The notes under the pieces are model-generated. The model ran no database searches. It was not told the DNA's origin and was given only the letters and a program-made list of their open reading frames with translations. Made by a program: the position numbers and the translations under genes. Shown one piece after another: positions 57,843 to 64,000 of a stretch of 64,000 nucleotides of DNA. Each line of letters opens with the position of its first letter. Within the stretch, counting starts at the first letter, position 1. The DNA is from Eledone cirrhosa. Lineage: Eukaryota. The DNA lies in assembly GCA_964016885.1 (NCBI GenBank), contig OZ024750.1:15004001-15068000 (forward strand), given 5' to 3'.

Positions 57843-58289
57843 TAGCCTTCTAATTCTTCTAATCGTGTTTATTAAGTCTACGATGGCTAGATTGGTGTTT
57901 CTTCTATTACTGTTGTAAGCAACAGTAGTTATAAATGTAAAAAAAAAAAAAAAGTAATAAGATCGATAACAACAATCATCGTAAGGGCGTTAACAACAAC
58001 GATGACATTAAGAGCAGTGAAAACAGCGCCATTTACAGTAACCAGAACCAACAACAACAAGAAGCCTAACTAGATTATTACCTATCAAGATTCTTGACTT
58101 GATGTGGCTGACTTCCATGCTATGATAGTAATTAGGTGCAACATCAACGTTAACGACGATAACAACGAAAGTAGAAATAGCATCTTACCTTCTACCATCA
58201 CACTTTTTATTACTATATCTTCGACAAACATCTACAATTACAGACGCCAGTATATATGTGCATGATCTGGGATCGGCATGGAAGCAAGA

Positions 58290-58620
58290 TATCTTGCAGA
58301 ATGATCGCAGGTCACTAAGTATACAGGAGGTTGCCATCAACGTGATCAGAATTTCCTGGAAGAGCACCTACGCCCGTTTTTGTTAACTATAATGCGTTCG
58401 CATCTGGTTGTCTGTCGGCTGCAGGAGATGAAGTTACAGTGCAGTTTTTGGAAACGTCTGGATCTCGAAGTAAGAATTATCTTTCTGACCCCGGAAGTTA
58501 ACCTTGAGTTGCTGGATGCTAGCCATATCGAAGGAGGTGTCTTTAGACTAGTCGTCGCCTATACCCTCACCAAAGCAGAGCAGTTGGAGTTCTCGAACTT
58601 TCCAAATTCGTTTTGCTAAA
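58290..58620 (+). mobile_element. Decayed L1/Tx1-type AP endonuclease fragment
   Basis: LSIQE...LDLEVRIIFL(D)PE..LLD....GVFRLVVAY...EQLEF. Confidence 0.65.
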
Positions 58621-59978
58621 TTGAAAATGTATATTCTGACTATCAGACAATCGCATAGATAACTTCCTAGTAGTCATTTATCAAATACATATAATTAGGC
58701 CTTATTGTATTTACAAGTCTTGTCGTCATATATATATAGTCTACTTCTCGGTAATACTACAGTTAATCTTGTGAATATCCAATAGACGCTGTTCGCTCAC
58801 TTCAAACCGTTTTATATTGACTGTAACAATTGCCAAAATCTTTGTTTTTTCTTATTTTGTGGTCTATGAAACTACCTCCTTATAGCAAACACTATCTTTG
58901 AAGTAGCAGGTAATTACACTCTTCATCTTTAGTGTTTCGAGTAGAGTTATTTATCATTCCCAATTATATAAAAAACAAAAAAAATTAACAAACAACAGCA
59001 ACAGCCACAATATAGCTTGTATTGTTTTAGAGAAACATTTGCGAAACAAGCTATATCCTTAAATTATTGCCCAAAACCTCTGTTTTGACACAAATTGAAT
59101 GTAATAACCGTGTTTTCCTGTTTATGGGAATTAAGTTACTCCCAAAGCAGATTGTTTGTGTCTTTAAACATCTTGTCTCTATGGATTTGATCTAAAGCAA
59201 CACATAAGGAAAACGACCAACTGTAGCCAACTGAACAGACTTGAATGTGTTAAATATATGATAGAAAGAGATAAAGAAATTAAATTATCAGATTTACGAT
59301 ACAAATATATGAACTACAAATATTGGCCTTACAATAAAATTTAATTAAGTGTTTACAGTTAAAATTTGTTAGTTCCTAATGAACGTTTAGATATCCCATT
59401 GGAGAGATTCTTGGAGCAAGTTTTCTCTATTTGTAAATAATTTAACAGAAAGAATACAGAAAGAAGTGAGATAACCTAATTTCTTATTGCCTCAAGTCAA
59501 TTATATTTTATAGAAAGATAACACTCAGATAAAGAGTGTTGAAGTCCTAGTTTTTAGTGTTAAATCAAATACAATACGCAATGTTTAAATCCAGAATATT
59601 TATGCAATGCTTACACTGGTTTTAAATGAGATGCAGATATAAAAACTCAACAAGTGAAGAATCTACGTAATAACATTATTCAATATTTCAATAAAACTAT
59701 CTATTATTTATTGCAGTGCAGAAGTTATGACGTGTTCAGATGTTCCATGTTTAATTGATTAAAGAAAAGACAAATAGACAGTAGATTGTTCTTGGTATGA
59801 TTTAATGTGAAAATACTACATACACCATATTAATTTAAACGTCATACATCCAAAAATTAGACCCCCCCCCACACACACAAATATATATGTATGTATGTAT
59901 GTTCGTACGAACGTACGTATGTAACTATGAATGTATGCATGTATGTACGTACATATGTATTATATATGTATGCATGTA

Positions 59979-60016
<38 letters not shown>

Positions 60017-60064
60017 GTATATATATATATATATTTATACGTACGTATGTATGTATGTATGTAT

Positions 60065-60148
<84 letters not shown>

Positions 60149-60614
60149 GTAAGTATTTATGTATATATTCATGCATTAATTGCATTTCCTATCATTAATA
60201 TATGAAATATAAATTGTATATCCTATATATATATATCCTATGAAAGCTAAAATACTAGTTCTCAATATTAGATGCATTTAAAATCAGTTGCCTGATTTTA
60301 ACATAGAAAACATGAATTGCTTGGCAAAATCAATATATCTAAGGCAAACACAAGGGAGAAGAAATAATCAGGTTTTCATTCCATAGATTAAATTATCTTC
60401 AGAATAATGAAAATATTGAGAAAAGATAACACTAATGTAGTATTTATGAACTTTAAGAAACTCACATTCCTTCGGCTTATTCCTATAAAACACAATACAA
60501 TCAGACGTATATTTCTATAAAAAACATTTCATATACATAAAATATTACAATTCTACATAACAATTTTTTAGGATAAGAACTGCATTTCACATGGCATCTA
60601 TTATGTTAAAATAT

Positions 60615-61020
60615 GTGATGGATTGGCAGTATCGGTAGAACGTCAGACACCATGCTTTGCATAGAGGTATGGCCTTTATGTTCTGAGTTCAAATCCCGCC
60701 GTGTTAGCTTTGCCTTTCATCCTTACGAAGCTGATACAATAAAGTACCAGTAACGCACTGGAATCAATTTAATCGACTTTCCCCTCCCCCAAAATTGCTC
60801 GCCGTGTGCATATATAAGAAACCATTATGCTAAAAGATATGGTGGATTGGCAGTATCGGTAGAGCACCAGACAACATGCTTTGCAGCATAGAGGTATAGC
60901 CCTTTACGTTCTGAGTTCAAATCCCGATAAAATATAGCACCAGTAATGCACTGGGGTCGATTTAATCGACTTTCCCCTCTCCACAAAGTGCTGACCTTGT
61001 GTCTATAGTAGAAATCATTA
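60615..61020 (+). mobile_element. Two tandem SINE copies
   Basis: SINE consensus twice, head to tail. Confidence 0.88.
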
Positions 61021-62682
61021 TGTTAAGAAATATTCAAGGCAACTGATCAAAAATATAATGTGGTTGCCTCCGAATTTGTCAAAATACGCAGTAAACCTCA
61101 ACAATCATTCTCATTGATCCTAGATTAAGATACTTAAACAATGATTCACGTTGAAACATTCTTCATCCTTTTAAACCATTTTAATTAATTAATTCATTTA
61201 TTATGTGAGCTGTTGTCAACTTTCGTGACAAACGCTCACACAACACTAGTTATAATAAGCCAACGTGACAGAGTCTACATTCAATATAAAACCGCTAGAA
61301 ATACCAGCCAAGTCATCTATAAATCACGCCATACTGCATAAAAAAAGAAGGATATGTTGGTTAATGTCATCATGGTGCATTCCTATTCTAGTACCTTAGT
61401 AGCGCGGACAAGCGTTTTATATATTTTCTAAGTCCAGTTGCTTGGTCTTAGTATCATAGGCCTTCTATTCCTGCCTGTACGTGATTTTATCACAGATATA
61501 TATTTATAATTTTTTATGTTTGTCTAACCTATTTATCTGTACGTGTTTCGTACGTAGTATTCGCCTGAACGATACCTTCCTAATTTAGGAGTATCGTCGT
61601 GGTAGGACTCTAAGCTACAATTTCCCGACTATTTACTTATAAAAAATTCATGAGTTTAGAGTTAGAGAAGTGGGAGGAAGATCGGTCATTATTTAAAATA
61701 AAAGAATATGCATATATCTTTCGCCGAAGTATATCAGTGAAGAATGTAAGCATTTAAAGAGAAACCGAAATATCAGACTCTGTCACACTGTTTTGTTATT
61801 TTTCCAATTTGAAACCTAGTTATCCCATGATTTGCCCTTTGGTTACCATCCACGACAAAATACTATATAGACTAAGTAAATAGATGAATAAATAAATGCT
61901 GTATAGTTCTACATATCAATTCAGGAAACTAAACAATAGAGCATTTCTCATTTACGAAGAAAGCTAACACTATATATTCTACGCATAAATCTTGTCTTGC
62001 CTGGCAAACACTCATATGATGACATTCATTTAACAGACAATAAATCTATCTGTAGAGAGTCACGATAAAAATAACCAAGCTACGGTAACTGCAATTACTA
62101 TGCTGCTCAGAAGAGCATGTACATGATATAGAGGTTGGTGATCATATTATAATCTTAAAAAACTGACAACCAGGAGAACATAAATTAAATTCTGATTACA
62201 GATCGGTTCGGGTTACATCCCCAGTTAGGTTGAATATATTTATGTGAACTTTTTCTGACATTAAGCTTGCAACACTTGAAAAGGTTTGAAAGTGAAACAA
62301 GTCAGAAGAATCAACTGAGTGAAATGATATAACCCGTAAAACAATATCTGTTGGAATAGATAGAAACATCAAAAAGTAAATAGTGTTAATGACAATAACA
62401 GTATATTTCAAGATTGTGAACCTGATTAGGAATCCACTGAACTACGATGTAGCTTTTATAAGATAACATGGGTAAAGAAGTATGTAGCAGCAGGAATTAG
62501 ATGGAAATTCATTATAACATTGCATGTTTTATACACATACACGCACGGCTTCAACCCCGGTTTTTGATTATGAAAAATAGTGTATCAAGTTGGGCATAAG
62601 AGTCCCTTGAGACTAACGTATAGACCACCTTGTGTGTGGGAGTCGAACTCATAATGCCGTATATGAATATGAAACAACCAGT

Positions 62683-62717
<35 letters not shown>

Positions 62718-62856
62718 TTAGCGAGAGTCACATTTCGGCGAGTAGAAATTAGCGAAACGCAACTTCCGGTTTGTGTTGGTAAGCGTTCAATGGATACGAA
62801 GATACCAGAGCAATAAACATTATTGTAATTGCTGGCCTTGTGCCTAAAGTAGAAAC

Positions 62857-63038
<182 letters not shown>

Positions 63039-63095
63039 GTATATGTATATACTGTATATATATATGTATATATATACATATATATATATATATGT

Positions 63096-63231
<136 letters not shown>

Positions 63232-63299
63232 GTATATGTATTTAGGTTTGTTGGTTCACCACTGGATAGAACTGTTCATATATATATATATACACACAT

Positions 63300-63347
<48 letters not shown>

Positions 63348-63350
63348 GCG

Positions 63351-63428
<78 letters not shown>

Positions 63429-63711
63429 AAGATCGGAATTAAGAGTATTCCGCAGTTCACTGTAATAATAATAATAGTATTAGCTCAAAGAAGAATAGAG
63501 AATTTTCTTCTGAGCTCAAATGCAAATATATTACACAAAGAGAAGTGTGTTACACAGTGAGATGTGTGTAAAGAATTATTACAACTAAGTTTTACCGTTA
63601 CTGTATAGAGAACAATATCGACAGGTTTAGCAATTAAATAGAAAAAAACTAAGTCAGAATCAAATCTCTGAATTAGAGTTTTAAATTGCCAACCTTATAA
63701 CTATAAGTTTG

Positions 63712-63780
63712 CTGATAGGAATCTCTCTTCGTTTCACCACTGATATGTGCAGTATAACAGGCCACAGGATCCTCAGTCAG
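63712..63780 (-). ncRNA. Hammerhead fold within inverted arms 63622-63678 and 63783-63831
   Basis: CTGA-CTGAGGA-TCC...GGt-GAAA-cGAA-gagaga-TTCc-TA-TCAG; one mismatch at the base of stem III. Confidence 0.65.
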
Positions 63781-63838
63781 GATCTAATTCAGAGATTTGA
63801 TTCTGAGTTTTTCTATTTAATTGCTAAACCTGTAGATA

Positions 63839-63895
<57 letters not shown>

Positions 63896-63969
63896 GTGTA
63901 TATATATATATATATATGACCAGTTCTATCCAGTGGTGAACATACAAACTTAAATAAATAAATAAATAA

Positions 63970-64000
<31 letters not shown>

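Noticed and set aside
60360-60405. CTGAAGA...GAAA on minus, and similar isolated cores near 16231, 16875, 35510, 43795 and 48992
   Set aside because: No supporting stems I-III; expected by chance
62196-62411. 71-aa minus ORF with an acceptor-like site
   Set aside because: No recognisable domain or partner exons

Overview
AT-rich, microsatellite-saturated, apparently non-genic animal DNA. The SINE repertoire and (TA)n density suggest an octopus or other cephalopod genome; this is inference. No intact host gene is supported, and almost all listed ORFs are translations of (TA)n, (CA)n, (CT)n or (GAT)n repeats. Identifiable content: many tRNA-derived SINE copies; decayed RTE, L1/Tx1, CRE and mariner fragments; two minisatellites; and a 200-N gap. 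The main signal is a dense set of type I hammerhead ribozyme (HHR) folds from roughly 8-10 distinct sequence families. Nearly all sit in short Penelope-like (PLE) terminal-repeat fragments embedded in (TA)n arrays. Most are arranged head-to-head: two copies with 3' ends pointing outward into (TA)n, often joined inside the ribozyme hairpins, giving palindromes of up to 336 bp and inverted arms of up to 394 bp. Two families show non-canonical cores at position 4 (CAGAAGA in several copies, CCGAUGA in one). One locus is a compact repeat-ORF start-repeat unit that links the ribozyme repeat to a PLE-type protein N-terminus. All folds were read by eye and none has been tested for activity.
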